From: an uncultured Desulfobacter sp.
Lineage (GTDB): Bacteria; Desulfobacterota; Desulfobacteria; Desulfobacterales; Desulfobacteraceae
Assembly (NCBI GenBank): GCA_963665095.1
Contig: OY762069.1
Span: 2,304,001-2,368,000 of the forward strand
Length of the DNA stretch: 64,000 nt
Direction: 5' to 3'
Below, piece by piece: positions 18,665-28,645 of this stretch. Positions within the stretch are counted from its first letter, which is position 1. Each line of letters opens with the position of its first letter. The notes beneath the pieces were generated by a model. It was not told the origin of the DNA. It saw only the letters and a list, made by a program, of their open reading frames with translations, and did not search any database. A program made the position numbers and the translations under genes.

Positions 18665-19717
18665 TTATATGTCCAGCAGACCGTCCTTTCCGGCACCATT
18701 GGCGCTTTTGGCAGCGTCAGGTCCGGCAATTCCAAGTTGTGTTCTCACTTTATTCTCAATGGCATCAAAAATATCCGGATTATCCGTCAGAAACGCCTTT
18801 ACATTCTCACGTCCCTGGCCGATGCGCTCTCCGTCATAGGAGTACCAGGACCCGCTTTTGTCCACCACATTGAGATCAACGCCCATATCCAGCAGATCCC
18901 CTGTGCGCGAAATTCCCTCACCGTACATCAGGTCAAATTCCACATTTTTAAACGGGGGGGCCAGCTTGTTTTTTACCACCTTGACCTTGGTCCGGTTGCC
19001 TAATATATCTTCACCGCTCTTAATGGCGGCGGCTTTCCTGATTTCAAGACGCATGGATGCGTAAAATTTTAAAGCATTGCCGCCGGTGGTGGTTTCAGGG
19101 TTACCGTAGACCACACCGATCTTCATACGGATCTGGTTAATAAAGATGATGGTGGTGGCTGTCTTGCCAATGGTGGCAGTCAGTTTTCGCAGGGCCTGGG
19201 ACATGAGGCGTGCCTGCAGCCCCATATGCGAGTCACCCATCTCCCCTTCAATTTCAGACCGGGGCACAAGGGCTGCCACCGAGTCCACAACCATGATATC
19301 AATGCCGCCGCTTCTCACCAGCATGTCGGCAATTTCCAAAGCCTGCTCGCCGGTATCAGGCTGGGAGACCAGCAGTTCATCACAGTCCACGCCAAGACGC
19401 CTTGCATAGGAGACATCCAGGGCATGCTCGGCATCAATAAACCCGGCAATACCGCCATTCTTCTGGGCCTGGGCCACGGCATGAAGCGCCAGCGTTGTTT
19501 TCCCTGAAGATTCCGGGCCATAGATCTCAATAACCCGCCCCCGGGGATATCCGCCAACCCCCAGCGCCTTGTCCAGGGCAAGGGAGCCTGACCGGATAAC
19601 AGGTACCGCCTCCACCTGCCGGCCGCCCAGTTTCATGACAGATCCTTTGCCGAACTGACGCTCGATCTGATTCATGGCGGTCTGGACTGCCTTTTCCTTT
19701 TCCTTGTTTTTTTCCAT
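18665..19717 (-). CDS. recA: Recombinase RecA
   Basis: [32 protein letters not shown]. Confidence 0.99.
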   Translation of the reverse strand: MEKNKEKEKAVQTAMNQIERQFGKGSVMKLGGRQVEAVPVIRSGSLALDKALGVGGYPRGRVIEIYGPESSGKTTLALHAVAQAQKNGGIAGFIDAEHALDVSYARRLGVDCDELLVSQPDTGEQALEIADMLVRSGGIDIMVVDSVAALVPRSEIEGEMGDSHMGLQARLMSQALRKLTATIGKTATTIIFINQIRMKIGVVYGNPETTTGGNALKFYASMRLEIRKAAAIKSGEDILGNRTKVKVVKNKLAPPFKNVEFDLMYGEGISRTGDLLDMGVDLNVVDKSGSWYSYDGERIGQGRENVKAFLTDNPDIFDAIENKVRTQLGIAGPDAAKSANGAGKDGLLDI

Positions 19718-19727
19718 GGGATTCCTC

Positions 19728-20198
19728 CTAAATCATACCTGTCAGGTATATGGCTTTTAGCAGGAAAGCCGCCAGCACCCCTGCCATTAAATCATCCAGC
19801 ACAATGCCGGCCCCGCCGGAAAAGGTATCTTCAAACCAGCAGACCGGAAAGGGCTTTAATATATCAAAACATCTGAACGCCAGAAATCCGGCAACCAGGG
19901 TGACCGGCGTCACGGGCACCAGGGTCATGGTGATGCAGAAACCTGCCATCTCATCAATCACCACGGCGCCCGGATCTTTTGTTTCCATCAGTGCCTCAGC
20001 CCTATGGGCAATCCAGACAGAAAAGAGAATAACGATCACCAGGAACAGTCCGGCAGCACCTGCTGACACTGTTTTGTCCAGCCAGGCCAGGATGCCGATC
20101 AGCGGCAGGCCGGCAAGGGTGCCAAAGGTGCCCGGCGCAACCGGCGCCCGGCCCAGGCCAAAACCTGTGGCAATGAAAAGTATGGCTTTTTCCCCCAT
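19728..20198 (-). CDS. pgpA: Phosphatidylglycerophosphatase A
   Basis: [30 protein letters not shown]. Confidence 0.93.
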   Translation of the reverse strand: MGEKAILFIATGFGLGRAPVAPGTFGTLAGLPLIGILAWLDKTVSAGAAGLFLVIVILFSVWIAHRAEALMETKDPGAVVIDEMAGFCITMTLVPVTPVTLVAGFLAFRCFDILKPFPVCWFEDTFSGGAGIVLDDLMAGVLAAFLLKAIYLTGMI

Positions 20199-21427
20199 CA
20201 GACAGATCCTTTTCCGGTCTTGTATAATCCGGCCGCTTCTGTGTCAAGTGGATTTGATGCCATCCAGATCTGGTGGCAGACCTGCTCAAAGGGCAGTCCA
20301 TGTTCAAGACAAAGGCGTCTCACATCATCATATTCCGGTGAGAACCGTACCTGCCCTGACGGATCTGTGACCTTTTTCACCCGGGCCGTACCAAGGCTTG
20401 TCTCCACCCCTATGGATTCCCGGTTAAGAATCATACGGTCGCACAGGTGATACCGCACACCAATGGCAGTGGTTTCAGTGAGCAGGGCTGCTGAAAGCTT
20501 CTGCACCGTTTCTTTTGTGCAGATCACCTCAATGCGCGTGGCCGGCCGGTTCTTTTTCATGAACACAGGTGTAAAGCTGACATCCAGGGCACCCTGGTCC
20601 ATAAGGCGCTCCATGGCAAAGCCCAGACCTTCCGGGGTCATGTCATCCACATTGGTATAGATCACATACACCTGGTCTGAACGGACATGGCTGCAGATGT
20701 CTGCATCTGAAGCTGAAGCCCGGCCCAGAACCATGCGCAAAAGATTGGGGGCTGAAGCGCCGGTTTCCCGTTTTCCCGCCCCATACCCCACTTTTTCAAT
20801 CTGCATGTCCGGCACCGGTCCGAAGGTTGGAGAAAGCGTGGCCACAATGGCCGCACCCGTGGGGGTGACAATCTCGGTTTCAGCGTCCGAGCCTCTGACC
20901 TCAAGGCCCTTGAGTATGGCCACCGTGGCCGGCACCGGCACAGGGATGGTGCCGTGGGCGCAGGAAATTGTGCCCGAACCTAACGCAATGGGGGTGGCAA
21001 CCACCTGGTCCACATTTAAATAGTGCAGCCCCAGAAAACTGCCGATGATATCCACCAGGCTGTCAATGCCGCCGATCTCATGGAAATGGACCGTCTCAAT
21101 ATCCTGGCCGTGGATATGGGATTCGGCCAGGGCAAGTTTTTTAAAGGCTGAAAGGGCATTGGCCCGGACCGGATCCGGCAGGTCCGCCGAGGCAATCATC
21201 TGCCGGATGTCGGTGTAATGGCGATGGGTGACATGATCCGTGACATCCACATAGAGATTCACAGCCCGCAGATGATGCCGGAAAACAACCTCTGTTCGCA
21301 AGGAAAAGCCGTCCAGAAATGTTTTAAGCTGTTTTTCAAGCCACGCCACCGGAACGCCCAAGTCCACCAGGGTGCCCAGAAACATATCCCCGCTTACGCC
21401 TGAAAACATATCCAGAAAAAGAAGCAT
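20198..21427 (-). CDS. larC: Nickel pincer cofactor nickel insertase LarC family
   Basis: SGVSGDMFLG, HFHEIGGIDS, PVPVPAT, TPTGAA, TNVDD, MKKNRP, PEYDD. Confidence 0.92.
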   Translation of the reverse strand: MLLFLDMFSGVSGDMFLGTLVDLGVPVAWLEKQLKTFLDGFSLRTEVVFRHHLRAVNLYVDVTDHVTHRHYTDIRQMIASADLPDPVRANALSAFKKLALAESHIHGQDIETVHFHEIGGIDSLVDIIGSFLGLHYLNVDQVVATPIALGSGTISCAHGTIPVPVPATVAILKGLEVRGSDAETEIVTPTGAAIVATLSPTFGPVPDMQIEKVGYGAGKRETGASAPNLLRMVLGRASASDADICSHVRSDQVYVIYTNVDDMTPEGLGFAMERLMDQGALDVSFTPVFMKKNRPATRIEVICTKETVQKLSAALLTETTAIGVRYHLCDRMILNRESIGVETSLGTARVKKVTDPSGQVRFSPEYDDVRRLCLEHGLPFEQVCHQIWMASNPLDTEAAGLYKTGKGSV

Positions 21428-21436
21428 GTGAGGCAG

Positions 21437-22573
21437 TTATCCTTTGGCGTGGAGTTGAAGGATCTCAAGGACCAGTTCTGCGCAGGCCACCATATCCTTC
21501 AGGGCAATGGACTCGTTCAGGGTATGAACATCTGTCATACCCGTGCCGATAACGCCGGCAACTATGCCGTTGCCGAAAAACACATTGGCATCTGCCGCAC
21601 CGCCGCTGACTTTACACGCCATGGTCCGGCCCAGGTTCCGGGCAGCCTTCTTGGCCAGTGCAATCACCTCATGGTCTTCAGGAATATTGGTGTTGGGAAA
21701 ATCCTTTTTCACGATCATCTCCACCCGGGGCAGATCCTCGCCCTCCCTGCGAAGCTGGGCCATGGTCTCTTCAAAGGTGGAGACAATGGTCTTTGTAACC
21801 TGTTCCAGTTTTGCAGGGTCATGGGAGCGGGCTTCGCCATGAATTTCCACATACTCGGGAACAATGTTGGTGGCAGCCCCGCCGGAAATAAGCCCTAAGT
21901 TGCAGGTGGTCTCCTCGTCAATACGTCCCAGTTCCAGTTTTGCAATGGCGCAGGCAGCTGAATGAATGGCAGAGATCCCGTTTTCAGGAGAGCCCCCGGC
22001 ATGGGCCGCCTTGCCATAGATTTTTGCACTGATCTTATTGGCTGTAGGGGCCCGGGTGACAATTCCCTCAGTATCCACAGAGTCCAGAATATATCCGAAT
22101 TTGGATGTCACCAGGGAGAGATCCATATTTTTAGCACCGAGCAATCCCTGCTCCTCGCACACGGTGAGGACCACCTCCACCGGGGGACAGGGCAGATCGT
22201 TATCTTTGATGATCTGCATCACCTCCAGGATAATGGCCAGAGCCGACTTGTCGTCGGAACCCAGAATGGTGGTGCCGTCGCTTCGGAACACCCCGTCTTC
22301 AAACTGCACCTTGACCCCGTTGCCCGGCACCACCGTGTCCATGTGGCCGGAAAGCATCACCGGCGGGACATCGGCATTTCCCTTGAAAGCAGCCACCAGG
22401 TTGCCGCAGTTGCCGTCAACCTTCTCTCCTGCATTATCAAACACCACAGAGGTGGCCCCGAGACGTATCAGTTCCGTTTCAAGAACCTTTGAAATCTCGG
22501 CCTCGTTCCTGGATTCTGAGTCAATCTGGGCAAGTCTTGTAAACATACGGCCCAGGCGGTCTTTATCAATCAT
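21437..22573 (-). CDS. M20 family metallopeptidase (peptidase T-like)
   Basis: GHMDTV, GSDDKS, CEE, HAG, GEARS, VHT; start moved to the ATG after the AAGGAG RBS. Confidence 0.9.
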   Translation of the reverse strand: MIDKDRLGRMFTRLAQIDSESRNEAEISKVLETELIRLGATSVVFDNAGEKVDGNCGNLVAAFKGNADVPPVMLSGHMDTVVPGNGVKVQFEDGVFRSDGTTILGSDDKSALAIILEVMQIIKDNDLPCPPVEVVLTVCEEQGLLGAKNMDLSLVTSKFGYILDSVDTEGIVTRAPTANKISAKIYGKAAHAGGSPENGISAIHSAACAIAKLELGRIDEETTCNLGLISGGAATNIVPEYVEIHGEARSHDPAKLEQVTKTIVSTFEETMAQLRREGEDLPRVEMIVKKDFPNTNIPEDHEVIALAKKAARNLGRTMACKVSGGAADANVFFGNGIVAGVIGTGMTDVHTLNESIALKDMVACAELVLEILQLHAKG

Positions 22574-22669
22574 TACATCTCCTTTATGTTTCAATATATA
22601 TCAGGCCCTGCAGAGCCTTTTACACAAGTGGATTAATATACAAGAGTTTATCATGAAATACCACCCCGG

Positions 22670-22985
22670 ATATGCCTCCTGACAGAATCCCCAAATACCT
22701 GGGCAGAACCATCAAGGCTGGATATATAGTAACGCCTATCAAAGCTGACTTTTCCATCAACATCCCGAGTGCTCTCCACCATTCCCATAGATTTCAAACC
22801 GGGCCAATTTTCTTTGTCGTCAAGCCAATCGATATCACAGGTTGTTACATTTCTACGGGTTTCAATGCGGCCATGCCCACCATCTACTGCTTCATGTTCA
22901 TCGAAAGAATACCCTGTTTCTTTCATGCTATCCATGTCGTCAATAAAAAGGACTATATTATCCTGAAAGTCGTATAAAGCGTACA
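22670..22985 (-). pseudogene. ISAs1-family transposase internal fragment
   Basis: DGGHGRIETR, WPGLKS, RYYISSL, VRRH, then truncated before the expected W-x-IEN motif; ends approximate. Confidence 0.8.
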
Positions 22986-23009
22986 CTATTCGTGGCGTAC
23001 CCCCAGATG

Positions 23010-23368
23010 GGGTCAACCAGGGTCAAAAATTTCACATTGCGTAAGGAAAATTCCATCATGTTTTTCTGGCTGTGGTAGTCGTTATCAGTGACGACCAGAG
23101 GTTTTTCAAGATGGAGGCATTTAAGTTGTGTCAAAGTGTTTTCAATCTTGATCTTTGTTGAACCCTTGTCTTGCCTCCGACTGATTTTCAGAATAGGTCG
23201 AGATTTTGGTCGAATCAAACGCTGCTACAGAAGATTTCCCCAGGTGTTCAGTCGAGCTGAAAAATAGCGTTGAACGCCTTCTTCATTTCGTCCAACATTT
23301 TTAAACAGATTTCCATACACGTCTTCCGTGACTCCTTCATGATATGGAAGTGGGTGCATCACTTGCTG
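23010..23368 (-). pseudogene. IS1634/IS4-like DDE transposase fragments, frameshifted and internally deleted
   Basis: Pieces in different frames: QVMHPLPYHEGVTEDVYGNLF, AFDSTKISTYSENQSEARQGFNKD, IENTLTQLK...PLVVTDNDYHSQKN; ends approximate. Confidence 0.7.
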
Positions 23369-23590
23369 ATCAACATCCATTTGACAATTTTCAAGTAGCT
23401 TAAGAATAATAGCAAAACGGTATCCTGAGCGGTTTGCAAAATTAGCCCTTAAATTCCCTGAAGATATTGATCCGGCTTATATTGCAGCGGTCATAGACGG
23501 TTGCTGCCAGATAAAGCTCGATTCAAATCTTCCTGATGAAACATCGGTCCAAATTTATGTTTTCATGTATTGGCTGAGGGTAATCCAAAC

Positions 23591-23669
23591 AATATTTTGA
23601 TCAAATGATCAAAATATTTCTTGACACAACCCCGCCCCAGGCTTATATTTTGATCAAACGATCATAATA
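23591..23669 (+). promoter_or_regulatory. Sigma70 promoter flanked by two palindromic operators
   Basis: TTGACA(23621)-17 bp-TATATT(23644); perfect IR AATATTTTGATCA-AA-TGATCAAAATATT (23591-23618); second copy TATTTTGATC-AAAC-GATCATAATA (23646-23669). Confidence 0.85.
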
Positions 23670-23679
23670 AGGAGTGAAC

Positions 23680-24006
23680 ATGCCCAGGCCCAAACGCCCA
23701 AGATGCATTGCAGCCAGACCCACAATTAAAGGATTCAAACCCAGAGGAATAATGGAAACCGGAGAAATTTTTCTCACCCTGGAGGAATTTGAATCCCTCA
23801 GACTGATTGATTATGAAGGCCTGGACCAGTCCGGGGCTGCCGAAGTCATGGCAGTGTCACGCCAAACCGTAGGACGGATATTGAAATCTGCCCGGCAGAA
23901 AATGGCAGCGTCCCTGGTAACAGCAAAACGGCTTACGGTCCAGGGCGGTTGCTATGAAATGCGGGGGCGGGGAATGGGCAGGGGCTGTCGGCATGGTCGC
24001 CAATAG
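23680..24006 (+). CDS. DUF134 family predicted DNA-binding protein
   Basis: MPRPKRPRCI, FKPRG, LTLEEFESLRLIDYEGLDQ..AA..M.VSRQT; AAGGAG RBS. Confidence 0.9.
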   Translation: MPRPKRPRCIAARPTIKGFKPRGIMETGEIFLTLEEFESLRLIDYEGLDQSGAAEVMAVSRQTVGRILKSARQKMAASLVTAKRLTVQGGCYEMRGRGMGRGCRHGRQ

Positions 24007-24070
24007 TGCCAGCCAAGGACTAAGTCAGTCCACCAGGATTAACGTACAACTCAAAATAAGGAGAAATATT

Positions 24071-24400
24071 ATGCCAGGATTAAACCAGATGGGACCAGAT
24101 AATATGGGCCCAATGACAGGAAGAAGAATGGGAAGCTGTATGACTGGAAATGCACAGAATCCAACCTATTCCGGTCAGGGATATGGTCGTGGATACGGAC
24201 AGGGATCTGGCTATGGCCGGGGCAGAGGCTGTGGTCGCGGATTCGGCCCCCGTGGAAGAGGATTTGGCTTTCAGGGGGCACCAGCACCCTGGGCTCAGGC
24301 AGCGCCGGTCACAAAAGCAGACCTGAACATGAGGGCACAGGCCCTGGAACAGGAACTTGAGGCAGTCCGAAACGAACTGAACAATCTGTCACAAGAATAA
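24071..24400 (+). CDS. DUF5320 family Gly/Arg-rich protein
   Basis: MPG...GP..MGPMTGRRMGSC, GxGRG repeats, C-terminal coiled coil; AAGGAG RBS. Confidence 0.85.
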   Translation: MPGLNQMGPDNMGPMTGRRMGSCMTGNAQNPTYSGQGYGRGYGQGSGYGRGRGCGRGFGPRGRGFGFQGAPAPWAQAAPVTKADLNMRAQALEQELEAVRNELNNLSQE

Positions 24401-24422
24401 TACATCTTCCTGAACACAGAAA

Positions 24423-24460
24423 CGGCCGGATATTCACAAGTGGATATCCGGCCGCTTTTT
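24423..24460. terminator. Terminator hairpin between convergent genes
   Basis: CGGCCGGATAT...ATATCCGGCCG stem followed by TTTTT. Confidence 0.75.
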
Positions 24461-24494
24461 CAAAATCAAAACTGGATGCCTGAAAAGGATAACG

Positions 24495-26528
24495 CTATAC
24501 CGCATCAAAGCTGTTAAACTGCATGGTAAACGTGCCCCGGCCCTGGGTGGCGGAACGTAAGGCTGTGGAATAACCAAACATCCGTGACAGCGGCACCACT
24601 GCCTTTACAATCTGGACACCAGCCTTGGGGGTAATGGATTCCACCCTGCCCCCCCGGGCATTGAGATCGGCAATGGCATCCCCCATGTTGGCATCCGGTA
24701 CAAACACCTCCACGCTCATAATGGGCTCAAGCAGGGCCATTTTTCCATTTTTCAGGGCCTCCTTGACAGCCATGGCGCCGCATACACTAAAGCCGAGGTC
24801 TGAACTTTTACCCTCTTCACTGGCACCATCTGCAAGCACAATTTCAACATCCACAATGGGATACCCCTTGAGAAACCCACCCTCAAGGCTCTCCCGGATA
24901 CCGGTTTCAATATTCCCGATGTACTGGGGAGCCACCTTATCCTCGGGAATCAGATTTTTAAATGTTACACCCTGGCCACGGCCCAGGGGATTGAGTGCCA
25001 CAGTCAGGCTGGCATAATGGGACTTGCCCTGGATTTCCCGCTCAAATATGGCATGGCCACTGGCAGGGGCCGTGACAATTTCACGGTAGACCACCTGGGG
25101 TTTGCCCACATTCACATTGGTATTGAACTCCTTGACCATCCTTGAAATGATGATCTCCAGGTGAAGTTCTCCCATACCGGACAGGATGGTCTGCCCGGTC
25201 TCTTCATCCTTACTCACCTTAAGCGTGGGGTCTTCCACCAGAAATTTAGCCAGTACATCATCCAGTTTTTCCTGGTCTGCATGGGTTTTGGGCTCAATGG
25301 CGATGGAAATTACCGGGTCTTCATAATCCATTTTTTCCAGGAGGACGGGGTGCTCGCTGGTGCAAAGGGTATCGCCTGTGCCGGAATCCTTCAGCCCCAC
25401 AATGCCGATAATATCACCGGCAGAGGCTTCATCCAACCGTTCGCGCTTGTTTGCATGCATCCGCAAAATACGGGAGAGTTTTTCCTTGCGGTTTAATGCG
25501 GGATTAAACACATCCCCGCCCGAGGCAAGCTTTCCGGAATAGATCCGGGCAAAGGAAAGTTTGCGGCCCTCAATCATGGAAACCTTGAAAATAAGGGCGG
25601 CCAGAGGTGCATTTTTTTCCGGCTTGAACTCAAGAACCGCTCCTGTTTCAGGGTGTTCCCCCTTGACAGGCGGGATATCCTTGGGGCTTGGCAGGTAGAA
25701 ATCAATGGCGTCCAGCAGCGGCTGCACCCCCTTATTTTTCAGGGCGGATCCGCACAGCACAGGCACCATATCCCGACGGATGGTAGCGGCCCGGATGGCG
25801 GCCCGCAGCTCATCCACGGCAATCTCTTCCTCGCCCAGATATTTTTCCATGATGGCATCATCCAGTTCGGATACGGCTTCCAGAAGCTTATCGCGGTATT
25901 CAGCCGCCAGGGCCTGGAATTCATCTTCAATGGGACCGGCGGTGTATTCCGCGCCCAGCGTATCATCGTTCCAGGCAATCTGCTCCATGGTCAGAAGATC
26001 AATAACGCCTCTGAACCGGTCTTCGGCGCCAATGGGCACCTGGATCATGACCGGATTGGCCGCCAGTTTTTCTTTAATGGAGTTAACAGCTGCAAAGAAG
26101 TCCGCACCGGTCCGGTCCATCTTGTTGATAAAGGCCATTCTCGGAACTTTGTAGCGGTCAGCCTGGCGCCAGACGGTTTCGGACTGGGGTTCCACCCCGC
26201 CTACGGCACAAAATACGCCGATAGCCCCGTCCAGTACCCTTAAAGCACGTTCCACCTCCACGGTGAAATCCACGTGCCCAGGGGTGTCAATGATCTGGAT
26301 GGTGGCCCCTTTCCACTGGCAGTAGGTAACCGCCGAGGTAATGGTGATGCCCCGGTCCTGCTCATCCTGCATCCAGTCCATGGTGGCCTCGCCGTCATGG
26401 ACCTCGCCGATTTTATGGGATCTGCCTGTGTAAAAGAGAATCCGTTCGGTCACCGTGGTCTTACCCGCATCAATGTGGGCCATGATTCCGATATTTCTGA
26501 TTTTTGATATGTTTTTCTGCTTGCTCAT
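24495..26528 (-). CDS. fusA: Elongation factor G paralog, stand-alone
   Basis: [43 protein letters not shown]. Confidence 0.92.
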   Translation of the reverse strand: MSKQKNISKIRNIGIMAHIDAGKTTVTERILFYTGRSHKIGEVHDGEATMDWMQDEQDRGITITSAVTYCQWKGATIQIIDTPGHVDFTVEVERALRVLDGAIGVFCAVGGVEPQSETVWRQADRYKVPRMAFINKMDRTGADFFAAVNSIKEKLAANPVMIQVPIGAEDRFRGVIDLLTMEQIAWNDDTLGAEYTAGPIEDEFQALAAEYRDKLLEAVSELDDAIMEKYLGEEEIAVDELRAAIRAATIRRDMVPVLCGSALKNKGVQPLLDAIDFYLPSPKDIPPVKGEHPETGAVLEFKPEKNAPLAALIFKVSMIEGRKLSFARIYSGKLASGGDVFNPALNRKEKLSRILRMHANKRERLDEASAGDIIGIVGLKDSGTGDTLCTSEHPVLLEKMDYEDPVISIAIEPKTHADQEKLDDVLAKFLVEDPTLKVSKDEETGQTILSGMGELHLEIIISRMVKEFNTNVNVGKPQVVYREIVTAPASGHAIFEREIQGKSHYASLTVALNPLGRGQGVTFKNLIPEDKVAPQYIGNIETGIRESLEGGFLKGYPIVDVEIVLADGASEEGKSSDLGFSVCGAMAVKEALKNGKMALLEPIMSVEVFVPDANMGDAIADLNARGGRVESITPKAGVQIVKAVVPLSRMFGYSTALRSATQGRGTFTMQFNSFDAV

Positions 26529-26795
26529 GGTTCTATATCTGTCAGCATGTTGGGTTTAAATAGGTCCGCTTGTGAGATGCTTTAAGGCGGTGTTGCGTCT
26601 CAGGTAAATTCTTATGAATCCTTTGATTTAAAATGCTATTTGATACAGTATTGCCCTTGGAGTGTCAAGAAAATAGCTTGCAAAACAGATCCTGGTTTAA
26701 TAGAATTCATTCTTCTTGGTGCAGGCGTTGCCAAAGATTTTTAATAAGCTTGCAGAAGCTGTAACCCGATCGGCCCAGGAGCCATTCTACCCCTT

Positions 26796-27167
26796 ATGAT
26801 TCCAGGTTTTGAAGCCATAGTGGAGGAACGGATCAAAGCAGCCCAGAAACAGGGCAAGTTTGATAACCTTGAAGGGCGGGGCAAACCTTTGGTGTTTGAA
26901 GATGCTCAAGCGCCCAATGACCTTCGCCTGGCCCATAAAATTTTAAAGAATGCAGGGTTTCTGCCCCCGGAAGTTGAAATCCGGAAACAGATGACCCATG
27001 TGCGGGAATTGATGGACCAGACGGCCCCGGCCTCACCGGAGTTGGCAACACTGCACAAAAAGTTGAATTACCTGATGGCCAAGCTGGATGTGGCACGATC
27101 CTGCTCTCCTGCATCTGCCGTGGCCCGGGACCAGTACAGAACCGCTTTATTGAGAAAGATTAAATGA
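26796..27167 (+). CDS. DUF1992 family protein
   Basis: EERIKAA...GKFDNLEGRGKPL, KILKNAGFLPPEV. Confidence 0.85.
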   Translation: MIPGFEAIVEERIKAAQKQGKFDNLEGRGKPLVFEDAQAPNDLRLAHKILKNAGFLPPEVEIRKQMTHVRELMDQTAPASPELATLHKKLNYLMAKLDVARSCSPASAVARDQYRTALLRKIK

Positions 27168-27658
27168 GTATCCGTAAAAAAGACAAAGAAGGACTGTTTA
27201 AAAATATTTTTATTGCCTATTTTATCCTGCTGCTCCATGTGTTTCTTCTGGCCGGCATCGGGCTTACCGTAGTACTTTTTAAAGGTGTTTACCATTATCT
27301 GCCCTGGATTATGGGCGGGATTGCCATCCTGGTGCTTTCCATTGTCTGGTTTATCTACCACAGGATGCGGGAGACATCGTCATCCTTAAGCCAGGTTTTA
27401 GGCACCCCTGAATTCCATGACCGGGCCGTTGAAATCCGGCTGCTTGGCGGCATTGCCTCCTTTGAAATTAAAGCCAGACAGCATCCGTTGCTGCCGGAAC
27501 ATACAAGCCTTTCGTCACCCTATTCCAATGCCCGGCTTATTGAGAGTCCCGGAGACCGGGCGGAGCGTAAAATGCTGGAACTTAACGGCCTGTATGAAAA
27601 AAACCTGATCAGCAAAGAAGAGTTCGAAAAAGCACGCCAGAACATCATCCAGGGCTGA
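27164..27658 (+). CDS. Membrane protein with SHOCT-like C-terminus
   Basis: Two hydrophobic helices; C-terminal LYEKNLISKEEFEKAR; overlaps the upstream stop. Confidence 0.7.
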   Translation: MSIRKKDKEGLFKNIFIAYFILLLHVFLLAGIGLTVVLFKGVYHYLPWIMGGIAILVLSIVWFIYHRMRETSSSLSQVLGTPEFHDRAVEIRLLGGIASFEIKARQHPLLPEHTSLSSPYSNARLIESPGDRAERKMLELNGLYEKNLISKEEFEKARQNIIQG

Positions 27659-27685
27659 TCAATAACCATCCCAAAGGAGAGATGT

Positions 27686-28645
27686 ATGAACAAAATCAGG
27701 CTGGCCCTGTTATCAGGCGGCGTATCTTCGGAGCGGGAAGTATCCTTAAATTCAGGCAACCAGGTATTTGAGGCCCTTGACAAAGAAAAGTATGATATCA
27801 AACGGTATGACCCCAAGTTTGACCTGGCAAAACTGGTTACCGATGCTCCGGAGATTGACGCAGCCCTGATCATCCTTCACGGTCCGTTCGGAGAAGACGG
27901 CACCGTCCAGGGACTTCTGGATCTTCTTAATATCCCTTACCAGGGGGCAGGCGTATTAGGCTCTTCGGTGGCCATGAACAAGCTGACCTCCAAACGCCTT
28001 TACGCCCAGGCCGGTATTCCCACCCCGGCCTACCTGACCATATCCGTCCATGATCCGGATCCGGACCAGGAGAAACTAAACGCCATAGGACTCCCCATTG
28101 TTGTCAAACCCGCCTGCGCAGGTTCCTCAGTGGGTATGAGTATTGTGTCAGACGCCCAAGCGCTGCCTGATGCTATTCAAAAAGGGTTTGAAAATGACGA
28201 CACCCTGATTCTTGAACAATATATAAAAGGTGTGGAACTGACCTGCGGGGTCTTAGGCAACCAGGATCTTGAAGCACTGCCTGTCATAGAGATCGTGCCG
28301 GGTGACGGCCATGAATTCTTTGACTACGAGGCCAAGTACGTTGCCGGAGAAACCAATGAAATCTGCCCGGCCCGCATTGATGAGGCCACCACACAACAAG
28401 TCCAGAAACTTGCCATTGAAGCCCACAGGGCATTGTTTCTCAAAGGCTATTCCAGAACCGACATGCTGTTCAAAGACGGAGAGTTGACCGTTCTTGAAAC
28501 CAACACCATTCCGGGAATGACGGCCACAAGTCTGTTCCCGCAGTCTGCTGCGGTGGGAGGGTATAAATTCGGGGCGCTTATGGACAGACTCATTGAACTT
28601 GCCATTGAGGAAAACAAACGAACCAATTTAAGGAGATTGAAATGA
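27686..28645 (+). CDS. ddl: D-alanine--D-alanine ligase
   Basis: GGVSSEREVSL, LHGPFGEDG, GSSVG, DYEAKY, ETNTIPGMT. Confidence 0.96.
   Translation: MNKIRLALLSGGVSSEREVSLNSGNQVFEALDKEKYDIKRYDPKFDLAKLVTDAPEIDAALIILHGPFGEDGTVQGLLDLLNIPYQGAGVLGSSVAMNKLTSKRLYAQAGIPTPAYLTISVHDPDPDQEKLNAIGLPIVVKPACAGSSVGMSIVSDAQALPDAIQKGFENDDTLILEQYIKGVELTCGVLGNQDLEALPVIEIVPGDGHEFFDYEAKYVAGETNEICPARIDEATTQQVQKLAIEAHRALFLKGYSRTDMLFKDGELTVLETNTIPGMTATSLFPQSAAVGGYKFGALMDRLIELAIEENKRTNLRRLK

Noticed and set aside
24170..24270. Short tandem-like repeats (GGATATGG/GGCTATGG)
   Set aside because: Explained by the coding Gly-Tyr-Gly-Arg low-complexity tract of the DUF5320 protein
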